DNA of 64,000 nucleotides, taken from positions 672,001 to 736,000 of the forward strand of contig OZ242010.1 in the NCBI GenBank assembly GCA_965204745.1, in the 5' to 3' direction. Shown here one piece after another: positions 12,910 through 23,161 of the stretch. How positions within the stretch are numbered: the stretch's first letter is position 1; every line of letters starts with the position of its first letter. Source of the DNA: Candidatus Latescibacterota bacterium (lineage in GTDB: Bacteria > Latescibacterota > UBA2968). Made by a program: the position numbers and the translations under genes. Below the pieces are notes generated by a model. That model was not told the origin of the DNA, searched no databases, and saw nothing but the letters and a program-made list of their open reading frames with translations.

Positions 12910-13488
12910 ATGCAACTCTTCGACGGCAACACCCTCAATGGCTGGGCAGCCACTGGCAACCCCGAAGGTTGGGTTGTGGATCGCGGTTGCATCTTCTGCA
13001 CCGCAGAAAAAGGGAAATACCTGTATTACACCGAAGACCAATTTCAAAACTTTGAACTCTCGCTCGCGTTCAAACACCCGCCCAACACCAACAGCGGCGT
13101 GTTTTTTCGCTGGACCGATTTGGACAACCCCGTGCAAACCGGCATTGAAATCCAAATTTTGGACACCTGCGGTCGCGAACCCGCAACCGTCAAATGCTGT
13201 GGCGCGGTCTATGATCTGCAAGCCCCCACGCACAACACTTGCAAACCCGCGGGTGAATGGAATCACATGATCCTCTACGCTCTGGACAACATCATTCGCG
13301 TCACCTTGAACGGCGAGCAAATTGTCGATATGGACCTCAATCGTTGGACCACGCCGGGCCAAAACCCCGATGGCACGCCCAACAAATTCAAACGCGCATT
13401 TTGCGAAATGACCGAAGCCGGCTACATCGGTCTTCAAGACCACGGCAACCAAATCTGGTTCCGCGATATTGAAATCGAGAAGCTGTAA
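12910..13488 (+). CDS. DUF1080 / 3-keto-disaccharide hydrolase-family protein
   Basis: LFDGNTLNGW, NSGVFFR, EIQILD, GEWNHM, GYIGLQDHG..IWFRDI; ATG after AAGGAG. Confidence 0.9.
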   Translation: MQLFDGNTLNGWAATGNPEGWVVDRGCIFCTAEKGKYLYYTEDQFQNFELSLAFKHPPNTNSGVFFRWTDLDNPVQTGIEIQILDTCGREPATVKCCGAVYDLQAPTHNTCKPAGEWNHMILYALDNIIRVTLNGEQIVDMDLNRWTTPGQNPDGTPNKFKRAFCEMTEAGYIGLQDHGNQIWFRDIEIEKL

Positions 13489-13502
13489 CGCGGGAATCGC
13501 AC

Positions 13503-13545
13503 AAAACGCCGGAGATCGTTCAGATCCCCGGCGTTTTATTTTTTT
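13503..13545. terminator. intrinsic terminator, probably bidirectional
   Basis: AAAACGCCGG(A)GATC...GATC(C)CCGGCGTTTT followed by a T-run, between convergent genes. Confidence 0.8.
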
Positions 13546-13547
13546 AC

Positions 13548-13703
13548 TGGCTAAAATCCCATCTTGTATCTTTGGGCGCGCCCGGAGCATCGCCCCTACA
13601 CATACCGCTCACCTTTGAACGGGCTATCTCCAGTTGTACCCCTTTTGTGCCTTTGAACTGGCTGTCGCCAGTTGTACCCCGCTCGTGGCTAAAATCCCAT
13701 CTT
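13548..13703. repeat. REP-like cluster bounded by 18-bp direct repeats
   Basis: TGGCTAAAATCCCATCTT at 13548 and 13686; GTAG-REP at 13574-13599; two 31-bp units at 13612-13642 and 13650-13680. Confidence 0.8.
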
Positions 13704-13726
13704 ACATCTCACTTTTTACCACTGCC

Positions 13727-14530
13727 TCACGACCCAACCGCCGAGTACTTCTTCACGCCCGCCCGCCAAACGAGTTTGATCATGACAACGGCCGCGAGCA
13801 ACCAGAGGGCTTGCATGGCGAAGCCGTTCGCGATTTGGTCTTGCGAAAGCCGACCGAGCATGAGTTCCACCGGAAACGCAATGGCCCAGCGAAAGGGCAG
13901 GGCGTCTGCGAGCAGTTGGATGGGAGCGGGCAGCAGGTCGATGGGGGCGATGCGTCCAGAGAGAAATAGGCCGAGTGTAAAATACATCTGGTTGATGGCT
14001 TCGTTGCGCGTGGTCCAAAAGGCGATGAGGGCGAGCGTCCATTCGATGAAGAATCGCATGAAGAACGCAATGCCCAGTGCCAGCACAAAGGTGGCAAATG
14101 TTTGAATATGAAAAGCGAGGTTGGGGTCAAAGAGAAAGAAGAGCACCATCGCGGTGGGAAAGATGATGACCGCGGTCATGAGTTTGTACGCGATGTTTTC
14201 GGCAATATCCGAGTGGATGGGGTGAACGGGTTTGAGCAAGAGGTTGGAGAGCTCGCCTTGCCGAATGCGAAAATCGTAGATGTGCATGATCCATGAAAAC
14301 GTGAACTGGTTGACGAGCATGAGCACGATGTAATACGCGGCAAAATCAGCAGGGGAATAAGCCCCCACCTGCCCCCCACGCGCTTGGGCAACAGTGGACC
14401 ACACGGTCAGGTAGATAATCGGTTCGAGAATGCGCCCGATCATCCAGATGCTCATCGCGGCGCGATATTGAAACTGGTTGAGCAACGAGATTTTGAGGAA
14501 GGCCCAGTAAATGGCGGGGTAGTGTCTCAT
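13727..14530 (-). CDS. ABC-2 family permease (DUF990-like), no partner subunits nearby
   Basis: QFQYR, IRQGELSNLLLKPVHP, FLSGRIAPIDLLP...LPF; about 6 TM segments. Confidence 0.85.
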   Translation of the reverse strand: MRHYPAIYWAFLKISLLNQFQYRAAMSIWMIGRILEPIIYLTVWSTVAQARGGQVGAYSPADFAAYYIVLMLVNQFTFSWIMHIYDFRIRQGELSNLLLKPVHPIHSDIAENIAYKLMTAVIIFPTAMVLFFLFDPNLAFHIQTFATFVLALGIAFFMRFFIEWTLALIAFWTTRNEAINQMYFTLGLFLSGRIAPIDLLPAPIQLLADALPFRWAIAFPVELMLGRLSQDQIANGFAMQALWLLAAVVMIKLVWRAGVKKYSAVGS

Positions 14531-14531
14531 G

Positions 14532-14688
14532 CGAATAGACGGAGCGGGGTACAACTGACCGTTTTTCAGGAGTTCATCAACGAACGGGGTACAACTGCGA
14601 CAGCAGTTCATCCCGAATAATCATCGTCAGATCCTGCCGACGCTTCGAGGTAACGTACAACTGCGACAGCAGTTCATCCCGAATAGAC
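14532..14688 (+). repeat. GTAC-hairpin repeat cluster
   Basis: Perfect 31-bp GTACAACTGCGACAGCAGTTCATCCCGAATA at 14589 and 14655, degenerate unit at 14545; CGAATAGAC at both ends. Confidence 0.85.
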
Positions 14689-14700
14689 AGCGTCAACGGT

Positions 14701-16155
14701 TCATCGGCGAGCAAAAAACCGATCCGTATCTCGAGGGGGTTTGGTGGCTAATGACACGAGCACGAGGAGCAACGCCGACACCGGGACGATAATACCCGCG
14801 GGAATCAAGCCCGTGCCGCCCACGCTGTACGCCCCGTCTGCGCTGAGGGAATCGGCGAAAAAAAACATCCACAGCCCGATCACGCCCAAAATTGCCGCGG
14901 CGGCGCCCTGCTTTGTGCTGCGCTTCCAGTACAGCGCGCCGACAAACACGGGCACCAATCCCGCAAAACCCGTGAGCGACCAAGTGCCGAGTTCAAAAAT
15001 CGACCGCGTTGTGAACAGGGACGCGACAAAGGCCAAAACGAGAAACGCCGCGACAAAAACGCGCCCGAAAAAGACCTGTTGTTTTTCGGACAACTGATCG
15101 TCAAACCCGTAAAACCGCACGATATCTTCGGTGAACATCGCGCCTAGCGCGAGGGTTTGCGAGTCGAGCGACGACATAATCGCGGCAAAAACGCCCGCTG
15201 CCAAGCACCCGGCCAGCACCCCACCCGTATGTGCCAAAATCAATTCGATGAGAATGGGGCCACTGAGCGGGGCTGTAAAATCGATGCGCCCGACCATCCC
15301 CAGCGTGACGCTGGGCACCCACACCGCGGCGATACATATCGGATAAAACGCGATGGGCGTTTGAAAGGAGCGCGCGGTTCGGGCGGAAAGCCAATGGCCG
15401 TAAATATGGGGAAATGCCGCCACGCTCATGGGCAGCATCAGATAGGAGAGCATTTTGAGCGCGTCGTAAGAACCACTGCCAAAAACCACAAATTCGGGAT
15501 GCGATTCGCGCAGGGTCGTCATGGCCTTGCCGATCCCGCCGTAGTGATCCATAATCACCAAATAGGCGACCAAGCCCACGAGGACAAACACCGATGTCTG
15601 AAACGTATTCGCCCAAGCCGTGCTCCGCATCCCGCCATACGTCACGTACAAAAATGTCACGCCACACACGAGCAAACTGCCGGCCCAACTCGGCCAGTCT
15701 CCCCGCGTAATCGCCACGAGCGCGTCTCCCCCGCCTTTGACCCCAATGAGGATGTAGGGCAACATCAACAACACCACGACCGCGAACAAGAGCGTGCCCA
15801 GCGCGGGCGAGGCATAGCGGTCGCGGATCAGTTGGATTTGCGTGACGTATGAAAACCGCTTGCCCAGCCACCAACTCTTTGTCCCCAAATAAAAAAAGAG
15901 AAACGGAATCACAATGGCCGAACTCGCGCCCATCAGCCCAAACACGACAATCCCTTGCCGATACGCTTCTCCAGACGCGCCGAGCATGGTAAATGCCGTC
16001 AAATTTGTGCCCAACAGGGTCATCAACAACACCACGGACCCAATGCTTCGGCTCGCCACAAAATAATCTTCGCCGGTCGCCCGAAAAAGCCGGTGCCCCA
16101 TCGCGCCGACCACGAGCACGAGCACGAGATAAATGACAACGACCGCCATAATCAT
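14701..16155 (-). CDS. sodium:solute symporter family transporter
   Basis: EDYFVASRSIG, YVTYGGMRSTAWANTFQ, AAIMSSLDSQ; ATGA overlap with upstream small ORF. Confidence 0.92.
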   Translation of the reverse strand: MIMAVVVIYLVLVLVVGAMGHRLFRATGEDYFVASRSIGSVVLLMTLLGTNLTAFTMLGASGEAYRQGIVVFGLMGASSAIVIPFLFFYLGTKSWWLGKRFSYVTQIQLIRDRYASPALGTLLFAVVVLLMLPYILIGVKGGGDALVAITRGDWPSWAGSLLVCGVTFLYVTYGGMRSTAWANTFQTSVFVLVGLVAYLVIMDHYGGIGKAMTTLRESHPEFVVFGSGSYDALKMLSYLMLPMSVAAFPHIYGHWLSARTARSFQTPIAFYPICIAAVWVPSVTLGMVGRIDFTAPLSGPILIELILAHTGGVLAGCLAAGVFAAIMSSLDSQTLALGAMFTEDIVRFYGFDDQLSEKQQVFFGRVFVAAFLVLAFVASLFTTRSIFELGTWSLTGFAGLVPVFVGALYWKRSTKQGAAAAILGVIGLWMFFFADSLSADGAYSVGGTGLIPAGIIVPVSALLLVLVSLATKPPRDTDRFFARR

Positions 16156-16367
16156 TCCGCATCCTCCTCGTCCAAGTGATGAGGCCACGCCCGGCGCACG
16201 ATCACCGCCATCGAAAGCGTTGCCACAACGCACAGGCCAATGTGGTAGAGCAAATTGATCGGCAACCCCAAGACCAGCGCGTCCATATCCCACATCCAGA
16301 AATTCAAAAATAGAATCAGCAGAACGATCAAAACGCCCAAGGGCCAGAGCTTTGTTTGTCGTGACAT
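16152..16367 (-). CDS. small 2-TM SSS accessory protein (DUF3311-like)
   Basis: FWMW...LVLGLP motif; AAGGAG RBS; translationally coupled to the SSS gene. Confidence 0.8.
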   Translation of the reverse strand: MSRQTKLWPLGVLIVLLILFLNFWMWDMDALVLGLPINLLYHIGLCVVATLSMAVIVRRAWPHHLDEEDAE

Positions 16368-16417
16368 AAATTTCTCCTTCATATCCCAAAGATTTCGATT
16401 CATCTTGGATAATACAC

Positions 16418-17053
16418 ATGCCCAACACCATTCGCAAGCCCTACATCGTCGGCATTGCCGGCGGCACGGCCGCGGGCAAAACCACGCTCGCCCGCATGCT
16501 CTTCAACCGCCTCGGCGACGACCGCGCCGCGTGCATCGCCCACGACGCCTATTACCGCGTCTTCTCCCACCTGCCCGCAGACCAGCGCGCACAAATCAAC
16601 TTCGATCACCCGGACGCGCTCGAAACAGAATTGCTCGTCCAACACCTCCGCGCACTCACACGCGGCGAAACCGTGCCCGTGCCCATTTACGACTTCACCA
16701 CGCACACGCGCACCGCCAAAACCAAAAAAATATCTCCTCGCCCCATCATCATCGCGGAAGGCATTCTCTTATGGACCGAACGAACCCTACGCAATCTCCT
16801 CAACCTAAAAATTTTCGTAGATGTCCCGCCCGACATTCGCCTGATTCGCCGCATCCACCGCGACGTCAATGAACGCGGGCGCACCCTTGAATCCGTCACC
16901 CGTCAATACCTCGAAACCTCGCGCCCCATGCACGAGGCTTATGTCGAACCCGGCCGCAAACACGCGGACCTCATCGTGCCCGGCGACCGCGACCTCACCA
17001 TCGCCGCCAACGTGATCCTGTCGCACCTCTGCACCGTCCTATATAGCAAATAA
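16418..17053 (+). CDS. udk: uridine kinase
   Basis: GIAGGTAAGKTT, INFDHPDA, P.YDFTTHTR, RRIHRDVNERGR. Confidence 0.93.
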   Translation: MPNTIRKPYIVGIAGGTAAGKTTLARMLFNRLGDDRAACIAHDAYYRVFSHLPADQRAQINFDHPDALETELLVQHLRALTRGETVPVPIYDFTTHTRTAKTKKISPRPIIIAEGILLWTERTLRNLLNLKIFVDVPPDIRLIRRIHRDVNERGRTLESVTRQYLETSRPMHEAYVEPGRKHADLIVPGDRDLTIAANVILSHLCTVLYSK

Positions 17054-17082
17054 AAAAGGGGAGACCTCGAAAGATCTCCCCC
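17052..17082 (-). terminator. intrinsic terminator
   Basis: GGGGAGA...TCTCCCC hairpin preceded by A6 (T-tail on minus strand). Confidence 0.65.
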
Positions 17083-17157
17083 ATCTCGCCCGGTCGCATC
17101 TGATCGACCACGCCACGAAGCAAACCAGAAATGCCGACCCGGATCGAGAACACTGAC

Positions 17158-17904
17158 TTAAGGCGAAAAGCCGATGCTGATGCCGCCATACACTTCATTA
17201 TTAGGATTAACGCCTTCTTCCACAATAGCAAATCCAACCATTGGCGTGATAGAAATCTGCCCTAGAGGCAAAGCAACTGATGCTGTCAGTGTCAGATCAT
17301 TGAATCCATTTTTTTTGCCATAGGCATCGGCATCGCCACTTGCCGCAACGCTGGCCCCCAAACTCAATGCGGGGCCATCTTCTGAACCCAATGGCAGATC
17401 CACACCAGCAGACAAAGCGAGATACCAACTATCCGTTACCCCAAAATCGTAATAAAATGTCAGCGCGGGCGCGATGGCATTATCCAGAGAAATCCCCACA
17501 TAAGCCTCTTCAGAGTGCTTTTCTCCGGGATCTCCATTGGGAAACACGTATTCGATAAAACCAATCGAAATGCCCACGCCAAACTCTTCGCTCAACATCG
17601 TTGAAAAATCGGCATAGAGGTCAATTTCATCTGCCTCTTTGGTCATCTCGCGATCTTGCACAAACCACGAACCCCAAGCACCTACTGTCAAACCCGTTTC
17701 GCCGAAACCCAGTTCAATACCCGGCTGGAGTGCGATTTTGTCATTTGTTCTGTACTGTTTTTCGTCATCGGCACCGAGTTCTTGACCCCGCCAGATATAA
17801 CCGTACATCGGATCAACCGTAATGCCGAACGACACATCTTCCTGCGCGTTTGCCGGTGCAACCAGCAACATGCCCACGAGCAAAATACCGAACAACTTCT
17901 TCAT
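17158..17904 (-). CDS. putative outer-membrane beta-barrel (TorF/Gcw_chp-like)
   Basis: Signal peptide; YIWRG, LQPG, WGS, EIDLY, IEYVFP motifs; C-terminal GISIGF. Confidence 0.75.
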   Translation of the reverse strand: MKKLFGILLVGMLLVAPANAQEDVSFGITVDPMYGYIWRGQELGADDEKQYRTNDKIALQPGIELGFGETGLTVGAWGSWFVQDREMTKEADEIDLYADFSTMLSEEFGVGISIGFIEYVFPNGDPGEKHSEEAYVGISLDNAIAPALTFYYDFGVTDSWYLALSAGVDLPLGSEDGPALSLGASVAASGDADAYGKKNGFNDLTLTASVALPLGQISITPMVGFAIVEEGVNPNNEVYGGISIGFSP

Positions 17905-18187
17905 GACTTCCTCCTGATGAGTTTGTGATTAACTGCACGATGAACCATGACCCATGTGCAAAATTCGTGGCGTCCACACGGGCCACATATTGAACTTCAA
18001 CTTCCGCACTTTCAGTTCCCGATATGCTCCTTTCTTTTTTTTGACCGCATGTCTTTCAATGCGTTCAAATATAGGATGAAAATGTTTCATCCGGATTTCT
18101 TAAAATCAGAGAAAATATAAAAAATGCGCCGCAATATTTCAAATAGATAAACCACGCCCTTCTTTTGATCGCACAAAGCGTTAGGTT

Positions 18188-18295
18188 AGGCTGTGTTGAC
18201 ATTTACGAGCAATGCAACTAGATGGGGCGGTTTATCGAGAAAATCAAGCCCTATCGCAGGATATGCTCTCGGATTGAGAAACTCGGACAGTCGCT
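18188..18295 (+). mobile_element. internally deleted IS5 derivative
   Basis: AGGCTGTGTTGACATTT TIR-like end followed by RFIEKIKPYRRICSRIEKL, similar to RLIGKMKQYRRIFARFEKL of the IS5 at 20594-21373. Confidence 0.75.
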
Positions 18296-18302
18296 CCTTA
18301 TC

Positions 18303-18519
18303 GGGACCTACCCCCCTAACCCCCGTTACTCGCTTCGCTTCGTTGTAGGCTACGCCTGTGCCTTAGAGGAAGGGGGAACGCAGATGGGTTTTGCGAGGGG
18401 ATGGTGTGAGGGATTTTTAATCGCTTTATGCCCTTGGTCAATGCCATCAGAGCAACCTAAGCCATCAAAGGAACTTTACTCCCCTTTCCTCGTAGGAAAG
18501 GGGCCGGGGGATAGGTCCC
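18303..18519. mobile_element. MITE-like element with terminal inverted repeats
   Basis: GGGACCTACCCCCC...GGGGGATAGGTCCC ends; internal hairpin CCCCTTTCCT-CGT-AGGAAAGGGG; partial copies near 8000-8119 and 12842-12885. Confidence 0.75.
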
Positions 18520-18585
18520 CTCGCGCAACGCCATCAGAGCAACCTAAGCCATCAAAGCTAAAATCCCATCTCATGTCTCCCATCT

Positions 18586-20568
18586 ATGGCACTTACGCAA
18601 CCGACAAATGAACTCGCCTTGCCCAACCGCGACCGCGTAACAGTTCGCTGCGTATTGTTGGGGTTGTTGCTGGTAATCAGCGTGAATACCTGGCCGATTT
18701 ACGGGCTGTATGTCATCCACATCAATCAGATGGTGTTCAGCTACATGGCGATGGCCTTGATGATACCGTTCGTCTTGCTATCCCTGGGGCTGAACGTCTC
18801 GTTGCGAAAATTCTGGCCGCATATTGCGTTTTCACCCCTTGAAATGGCGGTGGTCTTCTCAATGGGGTTGGTGGGCGCGTTGTTTCCGCTGATGAATTTC
18901 ACAGGGCTAATCATGGGGCATTTGGCGACGCCCTATTATTTTGCATCCGCGCAAAACCGGTGGTCCGAGTTTTTGCACCCGCATTTGCCGCGCTGGTTGT
19001 TTCCCACAGATGAAAACGGAGCGATGCGCCTCTTTTTCGAGGGCCTGCCGCCCGGGCACGCCATACCCTGGGAAGTGTGGGTAGTGCCCCTTTTCTGGTG
19101 GTTCGCATTTGCAGGCGCGATTACGTGGACGTGTTTGTGCATTGCGGTCATCTTGCGGCGGCAGTGGTCCGAGCATGAAAAGCTCCCATTTCCCGCGGCG
19201 CAGGTGGCGTTGGAACTCGTGCAGAAAAAGGGCGAAAGCGCGTGGCCGCCGCTGGTGGGCCGCCCGGCATTTTGGATTGGCGCGGCCATCCCCCTCACGG
19301 TGATATGCTGGAACATCCTCTCGTATTTCATGCCCGATTTCCCGAAAATCCCAATCACACGCGCAGGCGACGGGGTCGCGTTTTTGCACGTCAGCCGGTA
19401 CATTCCAGATCGCTATTTTTACATCGGCATTCAGTTCTTCATCGCGGGATTTGCGTACTGGACTAGCTTGGACGTGTTGTTCTCAATATGGTTTTTTTAT
19501 CTTCTCATCGTGGGCGAAGTCTATACCTTTAACCGAATCGGCTATACGATTGGCACGCCTGGGCTGTGGTCGTCAACACACGCGGCCAATGCCTGGCAGG
19601 CATTTGGGGCCTTGGCATGTATGCTGTGCTGGGGATTGTGGATGGCACGCGAGCATCTCAAAGGCGTTTGGCATGCGATCAGAGGCCGAAAGACGTTGGA
19701 TGATTCCGAAGAATTGATGTCCTATCGCACGGCGGGTATCGGCGGGTTGGCCGGGTTGTTGTTCATAATCGGCTGGTTGCACGCAGCGGGCATGGCATTA
19801 TACGTGATCGCGCCCTTTTTGATCGGCATGGGCATATTGTACATAGGCATTGCCCGGGTCATTGCCGAAAGTGGCTTGGTCTATTTGCGAGGATCCATGA
19901 TGCCCCCCACCTTCGCGCTATACACCTTAGGCTCCGCGAACATCCCCGCGGCGAGCATGGCGAACTTCGCGTTCTCTTTCGCGTATTTCACAGATGCCAA
20001 AAGTCTGGCTATGGCGAGTATGGCGCATTGTTCGTGGATCACCGCCGCCATTAAAGGCCGCAAACGCATGGTGGCAATCGCGCTGGCACTGGCAGGAATA
20101 ACAGCGGCGATTTCGTCGGTGGTGTTCACGTTGTATTTGGGCTATGAGACGGGCGCGTACAATTTTAGGGCATTTGAGTTCCGCACGCACCCGCGCATTT
20201 TCGATTACTGGGTTCGGCAGATGCAAACCCATAACCCGCCCGACTGGAAGCGGATCGGATTCTTTGGCTTTGGCGCAGTGGGGATGGCACTGCTGATCTC
20301 GTTGCGCTACCGCGTATCGTGGTGGCCCCTGCACCCGGTCGGCTTTGCCATCATGGAAACCCAAGCCGTGCGCGGAACGATCTTCACGATCTTTCTCGTG
20401 TGGTTGTGCAAATTGCTGATCTTGCGAATCGGCGGCATCGCCTTGTACCGCAAAGGCCAACCCTTGTTTTTGGGGATACTGGTCGGATTTATTCTGGGCG
20501 TGGCAATCTCGGCAATCATAGACACCATCTGGTTTCCCGGCAGTGGGCATTCGGTTCACCATTGGTAA
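18586..20568 (+). CDS. large polytopic membrane protein (DUF6785/DUF6784-like putative transporter)
   Basis: ILRRQWSEHEKLPFP, WWPLHPVGF, RIGGIALYRKGQPLFLGILVG motifs; many TM segments. Confidence 0.8.
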   Translation: MALTQPTNELALPNRDRVTVRCVLLGLLLVISVNTWPIYGLYVIHINQMVFSYMAMALMIPFVLLSLGLNVSLRKFWPHIAFSPLEMAVVFSMGLVGALFPLMNFTGLIMGHLATPYYFASAQNRWSEFLHPHLPRWLFPTDENGAMRLFFEGLPPGHAIPWEVWVVPLFWWFAFAGAITWTCLCIAVILRRQWSEHEKLPFPAAQVALELVQKKGESAWPPLVGRPAFWIGAAIPLTVICWNILSYFMPDFPKIPITRAGDGVAFLHVSRYIPDRYFYIGIQFFIAGFAYWTSLDVLFSIWFFYLLIVGEVYTFNRIGYTIGTPGLWSSTHAANAWQAFGALACMLCWGLWMAREHLKGVWHAIRGRKTLDDSEELMSYRTAGIGGLAGLLFIIGWLHAAGMALYVIAPFLIGMGILYIGIARVIAESGLVYLRGSMMPPTFALYTLGSANIPAASMANFAFSFAYFTDAKSLAMASMAHCSWITAAIKGRKRMVAIALALAGITAAISSVVFTLYLGYETGAYNFRAFEFRTHPRIFDYWVRQMQTHNPPDWKRIGFFGFGAVGMALLISLRYRVSWWPLHPVGFAIMETQAVRGTIFTIFLVWLCKLLILRIGGIALYRKGQPLFLGILVGFILGVAISAIIDTIWFPGSGHSVHHW

Positions 20569-20593
20569 ATCCCCGATCACTGAGTAGTCAGTA

Positions 20594-21373
20594 GGTTCTG
20601 TTGGTAGAGCGATGAGCGTGGCCGCAAAAGCGAGAAAGCCTCGATAACTCGTGCTGAGTTTCTCAAAGCGAGCAAATATCCTGCGATACTGCTTCATTTT
20701 TCCAATCAACCGCTCAATCAAATTGCGTTGCTTATACCGATGGCGAGCGGGGTCTTGCGATAAGACCGGGGCTACATCACGGCAACCTGTCATGGTGAGA
20801 GAGGTCAGAAACGCTTGTGAAAAATAGCCCTTATCCGCGATGACAGATCGGCTCTCATACCCAGCGATTAACGCTTCGGCTTGCGTGATATCGTGGGTTT
20901 GTCCCGGTGTGAGTCGAAACCGGAGCGGGAGGCCACGCGCATCTGTGCAGAGATGGATTTTGGTGCCCAACCCGCCTCGGCTCCTGCCGAGGGCTTGCGC
21001 GGCTTGCCCCCCTTTTTTGAGGCACCCGCTGCACAGGCAAAAGCACGCACGACCATGCTGTCAATGATCAGACATGCCAAGTCTGGATCAGACGTAAAAT
21101 GCTGGTGCATGCGTTCCCACACGCCATCCCGAGCAAAGCGTTTATAACTGTGTTCCACTTCCCGTACTGTGCGGGCAACTGACGCCACTGACCACCCGAG
21201 CGCATCACCCACAGAACCGCTTCAATGAAGCGGTTGCAACCGGCTTCCTCGCCGACATAGACGCGAGGGCATTCGCGGATGAATGCGAGAATTTTAGGCC
21301 ACTGGTTCGCAGAAAGAATAAGGTTTGACATACACACAGAGTAACTCAAAATATCCCAAATGTCAACAGAACC
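20594..21373 (-). mobile_element. IS5-family insertion sequence, ~780 bp
   Basis: TIR GGTTCTGTTG / CAACAGAACC with TA on both flanks; TAGTCAGT also repeated at 20585 and 21374. Confidence 0.88.
20600..21331 (-). pseudogene. degenerate IS5 DDE transposase
   Basis: Fragments in three frames: EAVLW..RSGGQWRQLP..YGKW / IIDS..VRA / GRSRGG.GTKIH..ADKGY..RNLIER; A6G6 slip site at ~21006-21018 plus an extra frameshift at ~21146. Confidence 0.85.
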
Positions 21374-21414
21374 TAGTCAGTCCCCGCGCTCCCCAATGCG
21401 TTTTGAGGTGTGCT

Positions 21415-21678
21415 ATGAAATCCATCAACAAACACAATCCCGACAAACAATCGGGTATCGGTAGTGCCTATCGCAATGTCGGCGCGTACCTCGCCCTGGG
21501 CATTCAATTCGTCGTCACCATTTTGCTGTGCGTATTCGCAGGACATTGGGCGGATGGCAAATTCGACTCATCGCCCCTCTTGACCTTAATCGGCGGCCTG
21601 TTGGGCATTGCGGCCGGATTTTATCATTTTATCCGCACGGTCCTAAAAATGGACCGCAAATCAGAGGAGGATGCGTGA
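21415..21678 (+). CDS. AtpZ/AtpI-family (ATPase_gene1) protein
   Basis: GHWADGKF..SP..TLIGGLLG; first gene of the atp operon. Confidence 0.85.
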   Translation: MKSINKHNPDKQSGIGSAYRNVGAYLALGIQFVVTILLCVFAGHWADGKFDSSPLLTLIGGLLGIAAGFYHFIRTVLKMDRKSEEDA

Positions 21679-22055
21679 GCGCGTTTGTCAAACAGATCGC
21701 CATCGTTTTGCTCGCATCGTGGGGCCTGGGCGGGTACCCGCTATACCTGTGGGGCGGGCTGGATATCCTAATCGCCGCGGGCGTGGGATGTGCGATCTGC
21801 GCCCTGAATGTAACCGCCGGCGCGTGCCTCGCGCTGTGGGGTCTGCGCCGAGACAACCACACATTTACAATGGTCGTGTTCGGGGGCACGGGGGTTCGCC
21901 TCATTATTGTACTGCTTTTCTTTTTTCTCGGTCTAAAATTAGCAAAACTTCACGTTTTTGGCTTGACTCTTTCCCTGTTTTTCTTTTTTATAGTGTTTCA
22001 AATTTTAGAGATTCGATTCTTTATCGGGCACTCGTCCGACAAAGCCAATGCGTAG
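21675..22055 (+). CDS. atpI: ATP synthase I-like 4-TM protein
   Basis: GTGA overlap with the previous gene; 4 TM segments; G..VRL motif. Confidence 0.7.
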   Translation: MSAFVKQIAIVLLASWGLGGYPLYLWGGLDILIAAGVGCAICALNVTAGACLALWGLRRDNHTFTMVVFGGTGVRLIIVLLFFFLGLKLAKLHVFGLTLSLFFFFIVFQILEIRFFIGHSSDKANA

Positions 22056-22066
22056 GAGTCTGACGG

Positions 22067-23133
<1,067 letters not shown>

Positions 23134-23161
23134 ACCGCGTAGAGAAAGAGAGACCTAAGGC

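Noticed and set aside
16156-16437. N-terminal extension of the 578-aa SSS ORF
   Set aside because: Overlaps the DUF3311-like gene; the ATGA-coupled start at 16155 fits better
19927-20593. Long C-terminal tail of the transposase ORF
   Set aside because: Read-through past the TIR, antisense to the transporter gene
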